Of a stretch of DNA of 64,000 nt, positions 22,732-38,463 are shown piece by piece. The position numbers and the translations under genes are program-made. This DNA is from Auanema rhodensis (taxonomy: Eukaryota > Animalia > Nematoda), in the NCBI GenBank assembly GCA_964057225.1, contig OZ059897.1, positions 12,152,001 to 12,216,000 on the forward strand. The letters run 5' to 3'. Within the stretch, counting starts at the first letter, position 1, and the number at the start of each line of letters is the position of its first letter. The notes below the pieces were generated by a model. That model was not told the DNA's origin. It made no database searches and saw only the letters and a list, made by a program, of their open reading frames with translations.

Positions 22732-25700
22732 GAAAATAACCGGTTAGAGGTAAGGAGCTATGGCATAACCACTCTAAAATATAGAACACTTAAACCCTAA
22801 GCCGCTAATTTCTGCTTACTCTATTGAATCCAGTAATACCTACTTAGTGGATTTGATGACCATGTTTTCCTTTCACCATGCTGGTGCTCCCCCATTTGAT
22901 CTCTGTCTAAACTAGAAAATGGAACAGTTTTCATCAAACTTCAAACAAATATTAATTTTGCAGATTTTACTGTGTTGTTTATTTCTAAATCTTGTCTAGA
23001 TGCCTAGCTAATGCCCCGATCTACTGGAAGAGAAAGTGAACGAGATGGGAGAACGGAAGTTTGGCGCCGATTGGCGGCCACCGCGACTATGGACGTGATC
23101 ATAATGACACACGACACCGCCAGTCCGCGAGCCTGCTCTAGAAGACAACATGGAACAATTAGGCCGAAGAAAAGCGAAATAGATGCGGTGAAAGTTGCAT
23201 CTATCTGGACATGAAAGGAGGAGAAAGGGAGAGGAATAGCGGGAGATGAATAAAGACGACGAAGAGAAAAGTTTCAGTCTGCAAACACATTCAAGACAGA
23301 AGCTAAAAATGTGAAGAAAAAAAAGTGGAAGTGAAAGAAATGTTCCAGCTTTTCATTGAAACTAACGGAAGCAGACAATTTGTTGGTAAAGTCCTCACTG
23401 GTATAGCAACAAGCATACATGATGGGTGTAAAACATCACAAAAATCTAGAGTACAGAACATAAAAACAGAGAAAGTAAAAAAAATGAGGGCTGTAACGAA
23501 ATAAAGAGATCTGCAAGTCACAATCGTTCGCTTCATCGCATATGGAAGTTGCGGCTTCTGTTATTGCTATAGCTAAGACGACGCGAAGCGATAATGATGA
23601 GGAAACTGAGAAGAGAAAAAAAATGTTTTCTATGAATAGAATTAGAAATTAAAAGAAATTATATGTCTTACGATAGAATTATATAGATAATATCTATTAC
23701 AGGTTAAATAATAAAGGATAACTAGGAATAAGTTAGAATATTTGATTAAAAAAAAAAGAAATACTTGAATTACTATTTGTAATAAGATATGAATTCTCTT
23801 AGTTGTTAGAAAATAAGGTAAAAAGATAAAGAGAAAGCAAAAAACAAGAATTTATAATTATTCTCAAAGCATTAAAACGTATAAAGTAAGCAATTAAGAA
23901 GATTACGTATAGTTATAAACGCTAAAATGCTAGTTAATTGCTCATAACTACTAGAAAAGCAAAAAAAAACAATGAAAAGCTATAAAAATCTGTCTATCGT
24001 TTAATACTTAATCATCAATTGAACTAAACTAAAAAAAGAAATTATAAAATTTTTAAAGAATAGATAGTAGTTGTAAAGTTCAGTTGAAAGCTGAATAAGC
24101 TTGTGATGTTTGTTCTCCATTACGATATTATGGTGATAAGGTTCAATAAAACCATAACCAAGAAAACAAATTTAAAAAAAGAATATTAATCATTTGAAAC
24201 TAATATTATCAGTGAATATTATACTTTTTTTATTATTTAAAAAAGGAATTAAAGAATAAAACAATAAAATTATAATATAGTTTAAGTAACTTTTGAAAAC
24301 AAAACCCCGAAATAGTGTCATTTAACAAATTTTTCTCTTTTCTCTGACAATTAGAGAAAAACATAAGTTCCTCATGTCGTATTATATCCAACATTATGAT
24401 GAACAACTGTTCGTTATGAAGAATAGTTAGTATATATGTATATATTCAAAAAGATAATAAGATATAAAAGATGTCAATTACATAAAATATTATATATTAT
24501 AGATAGATAGATAGGCAGGATATATTATACTTGCTTGAAAATTATAAAACATTAATTATTCACATAAATGAAATATTATTATCAAATAATCCTAACTATG
24601 CTCAAATTTATTGTGACATACCAAATATTTCTAGCAAATCAATGAATTGTTATATTTTTCTACAAAAAGAATAATCAAAATAACATTAGTACGTGTGTTA
24701 TAACTAATTATGTGACAAAAGGAAAAAAAAGGTATATTCAAAGTTCAATTCATTAGAAATAAATCAAATTGTTTTCATTTTTCATGAAAATAACTAAATT
24801 TGAGAGAAATTGGAAGAAATATGGATGAAATAGAAGAAAATGTGACTAAGCTAGCTTAAGCTTATGTCAATCTAGTACTACACTTTTCTGAAATGAGTAC
24901 AAAGAGGATCGAGGTTTGCCTTTTACAACTGTTCTTTTTGAATTTGTAACTAAAGAATAAGAAAGAGATAGTATAAGAGAAAAAAAAGATAAAAAGAAAC
25001 GACAGAAGAGAACTTATGCTGTTTGTACTCAAAAAACGTCACAAAAACTAGAGTGTGAGCATGCATGAAGAATATCTTTAGACTTATGACGTCGTCCACT
25101 AACACAGTTGCTCAATGGAAAAATGCTATGCAAGGTCAATGCGGTTCAAAAACAAAGAAGATGACAGCTTAGAGTAATATATGAGATCAAAACCTATTCT
25201 ACGTTCAGGCTAAGCGAGATCAAAAGATTGAAGGTATGCAATACTGACCTGTTGGCACGTAGTTTTGATGAAAATGAAACATTTGAGCAACGCTGTCATA
25301 CTTCACGTGATATATGATCAATGTGCATCATGAGACGTGAGCATAAATGACTTAATTAGAATATGCTGTAGGTTTATTGCATATTCATCTGTATGATAAC
25401 AACTTTATAATGTCATTTCCGTTTCAATTAGCTCAATCACTTGATCAGTTTAATCTTTAAGAAATGATGTTTTCAGCCAATTAATTACGATTAATTGTTA
25501 ATTGATATCATTCAGAAAGTTTTTTTTAAACAAAATTAGAAGCTAGATGAAGAAAATATAATTCTATATAAGTTTATAATATTTATATAATCGTTTAAAA
25601 TATTAACTTATATTCATATAATCCTATAGAAAAATGCAAAAAAAACCTTTGAGCAAAAACTAATTTAGAAGATTCTAAAGAAATCACAAATAGATTGTAA

Positions 25701-27469
25701 GTTTCACTTTTTCATCATTTGATCTTAATATTACTGTATAAAAAAATATAAATAATCTTAAATTCTATGAAATTGCAGAAATAATGTTCAAAAGACCATG
25801 TGCATGTGAATGTGAAACATAGTAAATATGCTCTCCCTCTTAATCATAATACATAGAATCCAAATTATTTTTGTTCAACAAAGTCGTTAAAAAACATTTT
25901 TAACTTCATTTTTCTAGTTTTTCTTTGTAAAACTTTTTTTTTTTGCTAAACATGTAAGAAAGAACACGATATAATTCCACCAAAAGAACTTATGAGTCAC
26001 ACTTTTGAGAAGTTTAAGAGAATAGTTGTTGAAATGTTTGAAGTATCAATAACATGCAGTTTTCTGTTTTCACCATACAATCATCATGATAAAGATGACA
26101 ATAATGGTGAGTTCCCCTGAAGGATCAACATCACCAGATTATCAGAACTAACTAATCCGGACGAGTTTTTAGTTAAATATATTCCTACTTAACCATCTTT
26201 TCTGATTGATTTTGAGATTTGAAAATGATTCTCTATCATCAGTGTTGTGTCAACAACTCAAGAATGATTTTTTTCTAGTTGAAATATATAGGTGGATTGC
26301 CCTCTTCAATGAGAACACAAAATATTGAGTTAAGATGATCTTACAAGAGACATTAGCTAGATATAGCAAAAGATATAATGTGGTTAGTTAGATGATAGAG
26401 AGAAATGTATAAGACAGCAGGGATAGAAGATCAGAAGATCGTTAACTGTATTTGAATTGTCTCCGGAAGACGATTCACAGTCAAAACAAGGAAAGTGAGA
26501 CTTCTAAATCTAATCTATAGAATAAATAAGAATATTATAAGAAGAGAGAGAGAGAGAAAGAGAGAGAATAGATAATTTTGGAAATATGGAAAAAATGCTG
26601 ATGATGAAAATTAAGAAAAAAATATTTTTTTTTATGATTTGCTTATATGAACATTGGCAAAAATTACAAGCATTTATAGAAGAGTGAAGAGATAGTAGAG
26701 CTGATTATAAGGTTTTTCATTCCTTTTGTGGTTAAATATACATTTTAAAATAGATTGAAGCAAAATGTTATATTTATACAGGTGAGGTCGAAGGATCAAA
26801 ACTCTGAATGTGAGGGAATCACAAAGCTAGAAAATCAAAATAACGGAAACGAATTGTAAACGAATGAAATGTTAAATAGGAAGAGATAATATGACCAAAA
26901 ATGCAAAAAATAATTTTATGGAAATTATTCTTTCGGGTCAATCAGTTTCCGATGAAACTGCATATATTTCATCATAACAGTGACTGTGTTTCTTCGTATA
27001 AAAAAAAAGTTGTGGAAAAAGGAAAACTATGTATGATGGGTGTAAAGGAAAATATGATATTTCATATAAATGTTATCTAATACATAATATCTGTTTATAT
27101 CTAACTATATGTATAGTATACATATAAGATATTGTATAATGTGATCACAACTGCATATCTAGGTCTATGATCTGTGCTCATCTCCTATGATGACGATGTG
27201 TAAGTGATAATGAAAGGTTGTGAAAGTGATGAGATGAGAATAATGGTCAAGAGAACGGAAACAAGACCTGTAAACCAGATTGAGGCTGGTTCTATGTATG
27301 AAGAAGCTTTCTCAAGGTGATTGGCAATGAAAAATCGGATGATCATTATAAATAAGCTTGGTAGAATGATTATGCCTAGTGTTATATCAAAATATAGATT
27401 ATATCTTTGATATCCTCCCATACATTTTTCAAATTCAAACGCAAAAAATAAATAAAACTAAATCGTTGT

Positions 27470-30370
27470 TATAGGAAAAGCGGAAAATATCAAAAGAGAT
27501 AAAATATTCTGGAGCTAGATCAAACTTAGATAGTTGAGGCAAGATTTGCTGCATGATAGGTTGAAAAAGAATCTAGATTACATACTGGAACAAAAGAACA
27601 GGAAAAGTTATTTGAGTTAAGTTTGATCGATCAAAGAGCAGTTAAGTTTGTGCTGGATGAGTTCAGTACAATACCACGAACCTGAAGGCAATACACATAT
27701 AAACCAGTCAAGAACGTTTGCAGAAATCGGCTCAAGTTGGACGTTTTCGTTGAAACAAGTACATTATTGGTTAAATAAATGTTATTCGTTTATATATATA
27801 TATATATATATGCAAAAAGCAAAAGCAAAATGAAAATACGTATTGAGATTATGACTTGAGATTGCCCAAGGCTGTGATGGTTGATGCCTAAGGCACTCTT
27901 TCTAGCATATAGTCCTTTATTCTCTTCTTCTGTTTGATTATATGTGTACGCATACGCAGTCTAGTTTTCCGAGATTGTTTTCTCTCCATCTCTTCAGATG
28001 CCATTGTCTATCTCACTTCCTTTTTTATCTTTTTTTTTCTTCGCATTTAAAGGTAGCAAACAATAAAATAGCAAAAATACGGTTAGTGGAAGGAAACGAG
28101 AAGACAAAGCAGTAACTGGTCAGACAGCCGTAATGGAAGCGGTCCTGTTTCTACCTGATGGAGCGGAAAACCAACCGTATGAAAGGCAGTCCTAGGTTTT
28201 TAGAAGAATTGTTATTGGGCTCCCTCATCACTTCTATATTCACATACTATTGACTGCAAATTTCCTCGATTGGTAGTTCAATCGTTCAGTTTTGCCTTTT
28301 TCCAGATGAAAGTCCAGAAATTTTGCACTTTTTAGTTCAAAGTTAGAAGTTTAATGGCTGAAAAGTTTCAAGAGAATAAGTGAGCCATCACTTTGAAACT
28401 CGAACTTATCTAGCATACTAATAGACTTGAGAAATAAATCAATTCAATTGATATATTAAACGTTAAACGAACAAAAGTTTAGAACATGACTTATACAGTA
28501 TATTACAACGATACTTCAATAAAAAGCTTAGTAACAAATAGAAAAAACAAGCTAACAAATCAAGTAATTTAATACTGAACTAGCTTGCTGTATAATCATT
28601 GAAGTATGTGCGCAAAATCAGTCAGCTACATCTAGGAGGCTGCAGATCAAAAAGAAAATTGGAACACTGAATTCAATAGAGTGTTTTGTTATTTTAACAA
28701 AAAAAAAACCAAATCATGAACTGCAGAATTTCATTCAATAATCACATTGTTATGTGTAGAATGTCTATAGTGTGTGTGCAACAACCCCCGCGTGTTTAAA
28801 GCATAAATGTATTGAAGTAATATGTTATAACAATAATGTAGGATCGGAAATTACTTTGAACGGATTACAGGTGTAAGAAACAAATATAAGAAGAAAAATC
28901 ATCTAAGAATGATGATGGAATAGAGACTGTATGACAGAAAAAAATAAACAAACGGTTCGGTGTTGATACTGATGAAGGAGGGAGGAGAGGACGGGCTTTT
29001 CCCACCAATTATTTAGCTCAAATGAAGATGAGCCGTGAAATTGTCGGGGGTAAATAAAATACAGAACTGTTGACGTTGAACTGAATCGGTTAATATAATA
29101 AGATGACGTCATATATAGCTATTGAAAGATAGAATAGGGATGGTGACTCATGGTCATGTTAGACGAATTGTCAAGCCATAGCTTAGTTCATGAACAAGTC
29201 TTCATTAACCTTTTGAAGAATAGCGATATACACGTGTTAAAACAAGGTCGGAATTCTCTGAGAACAAGCTGTCAATCATGTTTTCGTAATTGGAAAAACC
29301 TGACCGACTTTGAAAGCATTTCAGGCTCCAAGCTTTATATCTCAATGATCAAAGTTAATGTGATGAGGAAGAAGTTCAAAGTAAAATAAAATTATGAACA
29401 ATTGAATAATTAGAAACATCCATTCTATTGTTCACAAATCATTGCATAAGTCAATAAGTTTCATCAAATAGAATTTCAAAACACACATAAATACTAATAA
29501 AATTAAAATTGAATAATATATCTGATTTCTGAGAAGATTGCCACATTAAAAACAAAGGCAAAAATCAAAGAAAAGAAAATATTTCCTGGTCTTTTTATAG
29601 AAAGATCTATGGATTACTTGAATAAAAATGCAATAAGGAAATAATTTTTTTGGCTTTGTCTTCTAATTTGAATGAGTCACATCAGTACTTTATGCTTCTT
29701 GTCAATAAGTCGATTAGAGGAACTCTACTTAAAGATTTCGGAAGCTCCCCTAGTCACCGTCAAAGGTCAACGAGCGGCCATAAAGCGAGCTGATAAAAAC
29801 GAGAAAGAGAGAGAGAGAGAAAGAAGTGTCACTTTATGAACTGCTCCAAAATTTGGGGAAAAAAAAGTCGAGAGAATGATTCATTGTGAACTGTGAACCA
29901 TAGAAAAATCTTTTTTTGTTGTTGATTTTACATCTGATTGCGCAATAGTATGATGTATGTATGCATGTATTTGGGTGTATTGTGTATATATTGGTTGATC
30001 AAAAAGATAAGTGAAAGAGCAAGTTGAAATCATGAAAATATTTGGTAGAGGACAGTAGACATCTAAGTACAAACAATGTATTTGGTAAGGAAAACTTTTG
30101 TGTTTTAACTAGTTATATCGTTAGCATCAACACCATCATCAGCATCATCACGAGGTGGTAGGAAACATCATTGGAAAAAGGCTTGAAATAGAAGCTTCAT
30201 ACAAGTGTTTAAAGGCTTCTTCCTTCACCGACTATTTGACTCTCTAATAGCTGCAAATTAAGTGAAGAGGCTATGGGCAATGCAGGAGAATATGCTGAAG
30301 AGAATGAAGAAAAGAGAATGAGGTGAAATAGCCAAATGGAAAAGAAGACATCCGTCGGATGTAAATCGTT
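27470..30370 (+). mobile_element. Ancient RTE-clade LINE split into three collinear fragments
   Basis: About 27500-27770 reads LLHDRLKKNLDY...QYHEP..HINQSRTFAEI (RT 2-3). About 29081-29230 reads LNRLI**DDVIY...MLDELSSHS...INLLK (decayed YADD region). About 30244-30370 reads VKRLWAMQENMLKRM...HPSDVNR (C-terminal region). The order matches RTE ORF2. Confidence 0.4.
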
Positions 30371-33300
30371 TTTAGTTTTCTTCGCAAAGGAAGAGAAAGG
30401 AAAAGAAAGGCAGTAACCACCAAGCTGCCTCCCAAACATATAATATAAAGGTTAAAAATACACTGAGAGAAAGGTGAAAAAGAGCTAAAAATAAGTAGTG
30501 AATTAAAAAAAGAAACCAAAACAATAACATATGATATAAGATGGAGCTAAGAAGCAAATATAGAATAAAAAACAAATAAGAATTCATCTACAGCTACTTT
30601 TAAACAGAACGATATCAATTCACAATGAAGCTCATCGCTCTCTTTTTGAAGATTAAAGACAACACACACTCACACACACATACAAGACAATATGGCAACG
30701 AGCATATTCATACAACTTTCTATTTCACAAAAAAATAATATGACAGGTTCGTTATGAGTATTGGAAAAACATGAGGATGTTATGCGGGAAACCGTTACAA
30801 AGACCGGTTTCAAGCTATATGTATTTAGAGTACCGGGTGCATCAGAGAACGCAACTATGACGCCGTCGAGAAGTAGGCACGATGGGCGTGACACCCTTCG
30901 AGTATGTTTCAACGTTTCAAGATCAGGTTGATGTTGATGCAAGATTCAAACAACACGCACAAACATACATATACACAACAAAACATCGAAGCTGCATAGA
31001 AGGCATTGATGAATGAAGAAGTCGATGAGAAAAAAATGAGACAATAGAATAACATGAATGGGCAATTTCATGAGGTAATTTATAAAGGAAACGCCAAAAA
31101 AAAGTTTGAAAAGAACATTAAATAGATAGGAACTATGAAAATCAAAAAAATTTATTGAATTTGTAAAAAAAACTGATCTAGAGCAAAAGGATCAACAGAG
31201 CAGAGCTGCTGAACTATTGATAAGAGAAGGGGGGGGGGGGAAGGATAGATAGAGATTGATAAAACATTTGTAGTTTTGAAGATAATGCTCATACAAAAAA
31301 AGAGCAAAAGAGCAAAATGAAGACATCATCAGCGAAAAATATTAGAAAGGACAAAATATATTTCTGCAAAAGAAAGAAGAAAAAAGAAGAATAAATCAGT
31401 TGTGTTGAAAGGAACTGAGAGGAAGAATAAAGAAGAAGAAGAATGAATTATGGATAATGTGCTATGAAGTAGTTAAGACCAAAGTGTAGATATTGATTAA
31501 TTGTTATCAAAATGTTATATAATGAATAATTTATAATATAATAAAGAAATATAATATATAAAATTAAGATAAACATCTAAATTTAACTAACTAAGAAGTA
31601 ATGGTATACATATTTCTATTAAATAATAAAAATTAATTCTTCTCATTGAGATAGTAATGAATTACTATTGCACAGCTAAATGAAAATAAAATGCTTCAGT
31701 GGAAGGAATATGAAGAAAAAACTTTTTTTTTCTTTTCATGGAACGAAACTTTCATAGATTCATCTCAATAATATATCTTATATTATATTTTATATATAAT
31801 TATAAAAAAAAAGTTTGAGAAAAAGAAAACTTGGTTTCAATTGATTATTATCGGAAATACCATCGAAATCATTTACAACAACTTTAAATCTAAAAATTGA
31901 AACCTGAAAAGTTAGTTTATGAAAGTCATTCCATGAATTTCATCTTTATTAGTTTTATTTGATAATTGTGGTTGTGAAAAGATTTATCAATTAAGCATAC
32001 TATGTATTACTAGCAGTAACATCAGCATTTCTTAATTCCTTATTCTCTATATGAGGTTTAATATTTTAAATCATTTTTCGTGATTATAAACATTAAAAAG
32101 TAAGAAAAAAAAGCTTTTAAAATTTTAAATACTATAAAGCCTAGTATTATGAATACTTACTTAATCTGATAAGCAGCTCCCAACTATTTGCACGAAAATA
32201 TTTCATGAAAGCATAAGATAAAGCCTAGGGGGTAGGATTTGCGTCTTCAAGCTCTCTTGTTTTAGTCCCAGCTGTTGGTCACAATTCTACGGAACTAAAT
32301 GCAAATCAAGAGGATAGTGAAAAAGAGGAAAAGAGAGTTAGAGAAAAGAAGGAAAATGTAGAGAAAACGAAGAAGGGAGGCCAGCAAACGTTTACCAGTA
32401 AAATGGCTTTCATATTCAAAGAAATGGGGAAAGGAAGAAGAACCAAAGAAACATCAGACTATACAGTTGAAGCATATAGCTTGAATAGAAAAATCGTTAG
32501 TAAGGTTTTAGAAAAGATAATTAAGAAAATTTCGTGAAATAGCTTAAGCTTTGCGTTTTTTTTTTAAAGAAAAATAGATTCATCAATAGATGACGATGAT
32601 CATTCATGATAATAATCCAATATTTCTTATTTTTAATTGATGTATACTAGAAAGAATATTAAAAAAAAGTATTTAAGACGAGAAAAAGCTAAAAGAAGAA
32701 TAAAAATCTTGTTAACTTTCGTTTTGATCTAGGCTTTTCTATTTTCATGCAAAATCTTTTCATCTTATTCAACTCGTTCATCTTTCTCTCCATCCTACCC
32801 TTCTCTTTCTCCCCTTGTTTTCCCTCTCTATTTCTTTTTTTTCTCTCTCTCTCTCTCTTTTTCTTATTCTATCTATCTTGCATTTTGTTAAGAAAAATTC
32901 TTTTATACAGGCTTATTATATATTTTTTTTATATAAAACATTCAGTATATTTGTTTTAATTTAATAATAAACAAGAAAGAAATATATAAATAAAGAAAAA
33001 GTATCACATAATATTATTTAAATAAGATAAGAAACATTATATAATTCTTATCATGCAATACTTCTTCATGTATAGAAACAGACAGATGCTCTAGCTACTA
33101 CAGCTACTATTACTACTAGCTATTTCTATTTCAACATTGAAGTATATTATTAGTAAACATGTTTAAACTTTAAGAACTATATACATAGATGTATATGTAT
33201 ATATATATATACATATATATATTAGATTTAAAAACCTCATATTATTATCATTAAAATCTAAAAATAACAAATTATCGTTATACTATTATGTTGTCTAAAA

Positions 33301-36300
33301 GTTTGTTTGAAGAATTTGAATGAGAAATCAACGATTGTTAGATAGACATGATGGTCAGTCAAACTGACATCATTACTATGTGTGGTTATACACTTTCGTT
33401 TTCTAGAAATGAAAGGAGCAAAAAAAATGAGAAAAAGGACAATTACACCTCTCGAAGGCAATTAAATCAAAACATTTGTTTTGTCTGATTATGGAATAAT
33501 AATAATAATAGCTATGACAATGTTTACAACATGGAAAGAAATAATATTATGTGAACTCTGGTGTACTTGTTGATAATGTTAGGATGTAGATGTAACTATC
33601 TAACATATAATATTGCAAATAGGATAGTGTCAATTCTAAATTCCAATATTTTCTAAATAGTATTTAGTCAGTTTTAGGCATTCTCAACCACCCTACTCGT
33701 TGCAATATGGTTTGAGATTCTTTAGAGTTGAATCTGAAAGAACAGGAAACCTTTCATTGAATGACAGGAAGAGCCATTGAAACACAAGAGGCAACTATGC
33801 ATGTAATCATGATGTGATGATCTTGCCTATCTTGACAGAAGAAGAAATAAAATGTATCATATAAGATATACCAGTTATAATATTTTTTAATTTCTATGAT
33901 ATTATATTTAACAAATAATTTTACGATGGAAGTTTTTGGGAAAAATGAATAATATGTAGTAAATGAATCTGTAGACTAAACGAATGAATTTCATTTGAAA
34001 TTTGAGAAAACATCCAAAGAAATGTTCATACATGTTCATTCTTTATAAAGATTGAATTACAAAATATCAAAAAGAAATATATTTAGAAGTTAGATTGAAA
34101 GTAACACAAAGTTTTCAATTCGATTTCTAACCAGGAAATTTTGAAAGAAGAACGAATAATCATCATGTTGGGTTATTCTACTCAATTTTTCCATTTATTG
34201 CGTAATGTATATGCTTGAATAGGCTTGAACCTAAAATGTCCCAAAGGAAAAACATGATTTGCTAGCATTTTATCTTAACGATCAGAAACATCACTATCCG
34301 TTTGTATTTTTTCGACCTTGATTACGATAAATAAAAGAATTCGATGAGTAGGTTAAATAGTAAAGAATTATAGTATATATTCAATATACTTTAAGTTTAA
34401 TATGGATCATGTGATGACTTCATCATTGAGTTACATCTCCTTGTTGCAAGTAAACGAAATTAAGGAGAAATGTACTCTACACGGCAACAGAAATCCAAGA
34501 AGAGAGAAAAGATGGATCTATTGTATAATGCAAAACATCTTTCTCGTAACTTACTGATTCAAATACATTTTGCGTTTAACACTGAAGTAGATTGAAACAA
34601 AAAAATCCTGTAAAAACAAGAAAAACAGGATATATTAGAAAAAAAAAGAAGAAATTGATAGAAAACATAAAGAAGGTCAACTAAGCTCTTGCTTTCAATG
34701 TTCATTCGCCTTTATGATAATGATATATAGGCCTGGACCAAGCTTCGCAAACATCAATCCTGCAAAGAATATGAATTAAATGCTTAATCATATATGTAGT
34801 TAAATAATATATATAATTCAAAGAAATGAAAAATAAATCAAGTTTTCAATACATATAGATATACATACATACATATACTTTAGTTTGGAAATAATATATT
34901 TGATTAATTGGAGTGCATGATGAAACGTTCACTATTGAACAATCATACGAATAGCTTTAATAAATATAAAACTTTGGTGAAAATAGTGAAAGTTTAATTT
35001 GAGCTTTTGAGCCAATATTTTGAATAAAAAGCTAATAAACTTTACGAATTTTTAGTTTAGAAAGTATATAGTAAAGCTAAATATTGATAGATGTGATAAG
35101 ATGTGAGAAGATTAATCATATCATATGTATCACAGGTATCACACGTACATATGACAAAAGTTTAATTGTGACAGATGATACACATAGTCGTATAAATCTT
35201 TGAGTATGTATAGTATATACTAACTATTTTTCTCACGTGCATGATAAATCATAGATTAAGAGAAGTATTTCAAAAGTATCTATAGTAATTTTTGAAATAA
35301 TAAAGTTTTAATTGCTACAAATATCTTTTTCTGATTATATTTTTTAATTTTCTACTATATTTTAATAATCTAATTACATAAATGGATAATTATAAATATG
35401 AATTATAAATATAAAGATTTTTCGTGGAATCTTTGTCATATGAAAACTATTTAATAATATATTTAAGAAAGTTTTACATCGTACATCTATATATATATAA
35501 GATAAAAAAAGGATTTGTTCATACTAATTTCAGAAAAAAAAGCGAAAGAAGACCTAAGAAAACACTTACAACTATTTCTTTTTCGTAAAAGGAAAATTTT
35601 TAAATTAAATAAAAAAGAAATACATTCGTATTAATACTAAATTTCTATATCCAGGTTAAACTAAATGAAATTTTTAAATAATCCTGGACAAAAAAAAAGA
35701 AAAAAGTTGAAATAAATAAATTAAATGAAATACTAAAATCTAATTATGACCAATATAAAATTCATAAAACAGTAGAATATAAATATTTTCAAAAAAAAAA
35801 GAATTTATAACGAAAACATTGTTGAAGATTGAGTTAATTTCTCAAACTGGCCAGTTCGGGAGGCCAACGATGTCTCTGACACAACATACATTTACATACA
35901 CATACATGTGTGCAGCACGCAATCTGTCCTATGAAATTTTTAGATTTGTCAATCAGAAAAAGCAAAAAAAACACAAAAAAGAGCAATGATCGGTGAAGAT
36001 TAAGTGAATATATGCATTTGCTAAACATATAATCTATTCAACCAAATTAACGAATATTTTGCTTTGAATTTCGAAAAAGTTTGAAAACAAAAAAGGCTTT
36101 TTTGAAAAGAAATCATAAAGAATAGCGGAAACTTCTCTTACACTTTCATCCAGAAGAGTATTTGCCCTTAAGATATACCAGCCATCATGCCGACACATAT
36201 GACGAAATCATTTTAACAAACTCTGTACTTCAGGCTTCGAAAAATATGGATATTTCGAAAATAATTGCCAGGAAACTGAGCAAAACGAGCAAACAAGGAT

Positions 36301-38463
36301 AAAATACCAAAACGTTAATTCTATGAAAATAAATGAAGAAATCGATTTCAGTACTATAAAAATAATTTCAATAATAAAATAATTATATATATATATATAT
36401 ATAACTATCTAGTTACTTTACCATTTAAAAACTCTTTGATCGTAATGTAAGAAATGAATTAAACATATTTCTTAGTTAGTATAGTTAGAAATATATAATA
36501 TTGATTATAACTAACTAGAGGAAATATTTAGTTTTCTCAAGGTATATTGAAGCTTATAAGATTTCAGAAGCCTCTACGACCTTTGTATTATATACAGCAT
36601 TACTAGAAGAACGGGAAAATATTATTATCCACTTCCTTTTCTTACAACCTAATCTTTAAATAGTTCTGCTAATTCGCCAATAAGAACCGAACCTATAAAC
36701 AATGAAGAAATTGAGTAAAAACTGAAGATAAGAGGAGAAAACATTTGAAAAAAAGAAGAAGTCTGATTAGATGAATGATTGCTGTAATTAAAGCAAATCG
36801 ATTTTGTTAGATTTTTGATAAATGAATAAAAATAGAAAAAACTAATAATAAAAAAGCTAAACACTTCATATATCACAAGGAATAAAGCTCTGTATTCTCA
36901 ATCTTATCAATATAGAAAGGTGGAACCTATGCTATTTTAAGATTTTCATGTGAGATTATATTGAAATAGCATTATAATGATTATTATAACTATAACAACA
37001 TTATTATTATTATTGTCAATGAAATTTGATTTTTACTTTACATTTATCTTTTGAAATACGTTATAATTATGAAAGAAATAAACGATTTGAAAGAATCCTT
37101 TTTCTCAAAGTTTTTAAATTTTAGTTGTTGACTGTTAAGGAGATTGCTTGAAAAGAAAGTTTATCAAGAAGTAATTGCATCTGATGAATTTTGAAAGGAC
37201 AAACCACACTTTGTGGGGTCATTTAATTGACGTCATTAGAAACTTTTCCAGCTTTAACGCATGACAATGATGCCTTGAGGGCTTAGCCACGTCAAGCCAA
37301 TGTAAAATGATTTTGATGGAAACGTTCCAAAAATGAATCTAATGAAATTTCATAGAGAATATACTGACATGTTTGCTTGTCTTCATTCTCTAATTTTTCG
37401 TGGTTTATCCTGGAAAAATTGAATAAAATGCAGCTTAATTTACTGAAAGTTTGAAACACGAGAAAATTTCATTTATAAAGATAATAGAAAAAGATATGCT
37501 ATTGGTACCAAGAAGTAATCATTTGCATTTCAGACTATTCAAGTGGAATTATCAAATTTTCTCATTTGTCAAAAAATGCAGTGAAGCATGGAAGAACATT
37601 AAAAATTGAGAATACGCTAAAGATACATAGTGAAGTAACATCATCAGATTCAGACAGATGAAACAAAAAATAATTATTATTTTATTATATTAACGCAGTT
37701 CTATAGTGTTTTCCATTCGATTGGCCTATAAACAAAGCTGAAGATGAAAGATTGAAATATATAATCATGTCTAAAGATTCTTTTTTTTTGTTTGTTTTGA
37801 TTCAGTTAAAGTTTCTTAATTCTATAGGGAATTTATCTGGAAATGCGCTTTCTGTCTCTCCTTGATAAAGATATTTACGTTTTTTTCTTCTCAGAAAAAC
37901 TTTAGCTAATCTATAATATATAATAAAAGTATAATATGGGTATGTCTAGAAACTAACTATAAAATATTGCTTTGAAAGACTGGACTCAATGATCGAAGCG
38001 TTAGTTATAAGTATCAAAAAGGACAAGTGCAAACCAAAAAGACGACATTGTCTCAAGACTTGTCGTTAAATGTGAGAATTTTATGAGCGGAAGACAAATT
38101 CATAGAAACATAAATTGAACCCGAGAAAAATTTGAGAGAAATGAAAAAATGATTAATTAGATTAGTTCTAATGCAGCTTTTTGAAATTTGAAGTTTTCTT
38201 TGAAAGAAAATTTAATCCCTCTCCCTTCACATCCAATTTTTTGTTTCCAACTGACCAATATTTTGTTTCAATTTCTTCTAAGTATTTTTTAGCAAAATAT
38301 ATTGTTTTTATGATGTTTAAGGCTCAATGTTATCAAACTCAACCAAAGGCATAATATATCTGTGTGTATTTTGATGCTTTGTGTCTGGTCTTCTCAGAAT
38401 ACGCTCATTGCATAAAGCATTATTCATGTTTTGAAATATGTACAGTTATTGTTTTGAGATTTC

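Noticed and set aside
22511-22800. ORFs with SLSLSL or RERERE runs (also at 32747, 51366 and 61865)
   Set aside because: They are translations of (GA)n/(CT)n microsatellites.
31229-31240. G12 run as a G-quadruplex
   Set aside because: It is a short isolated homopolymer whose length is unreliable in assemblies.
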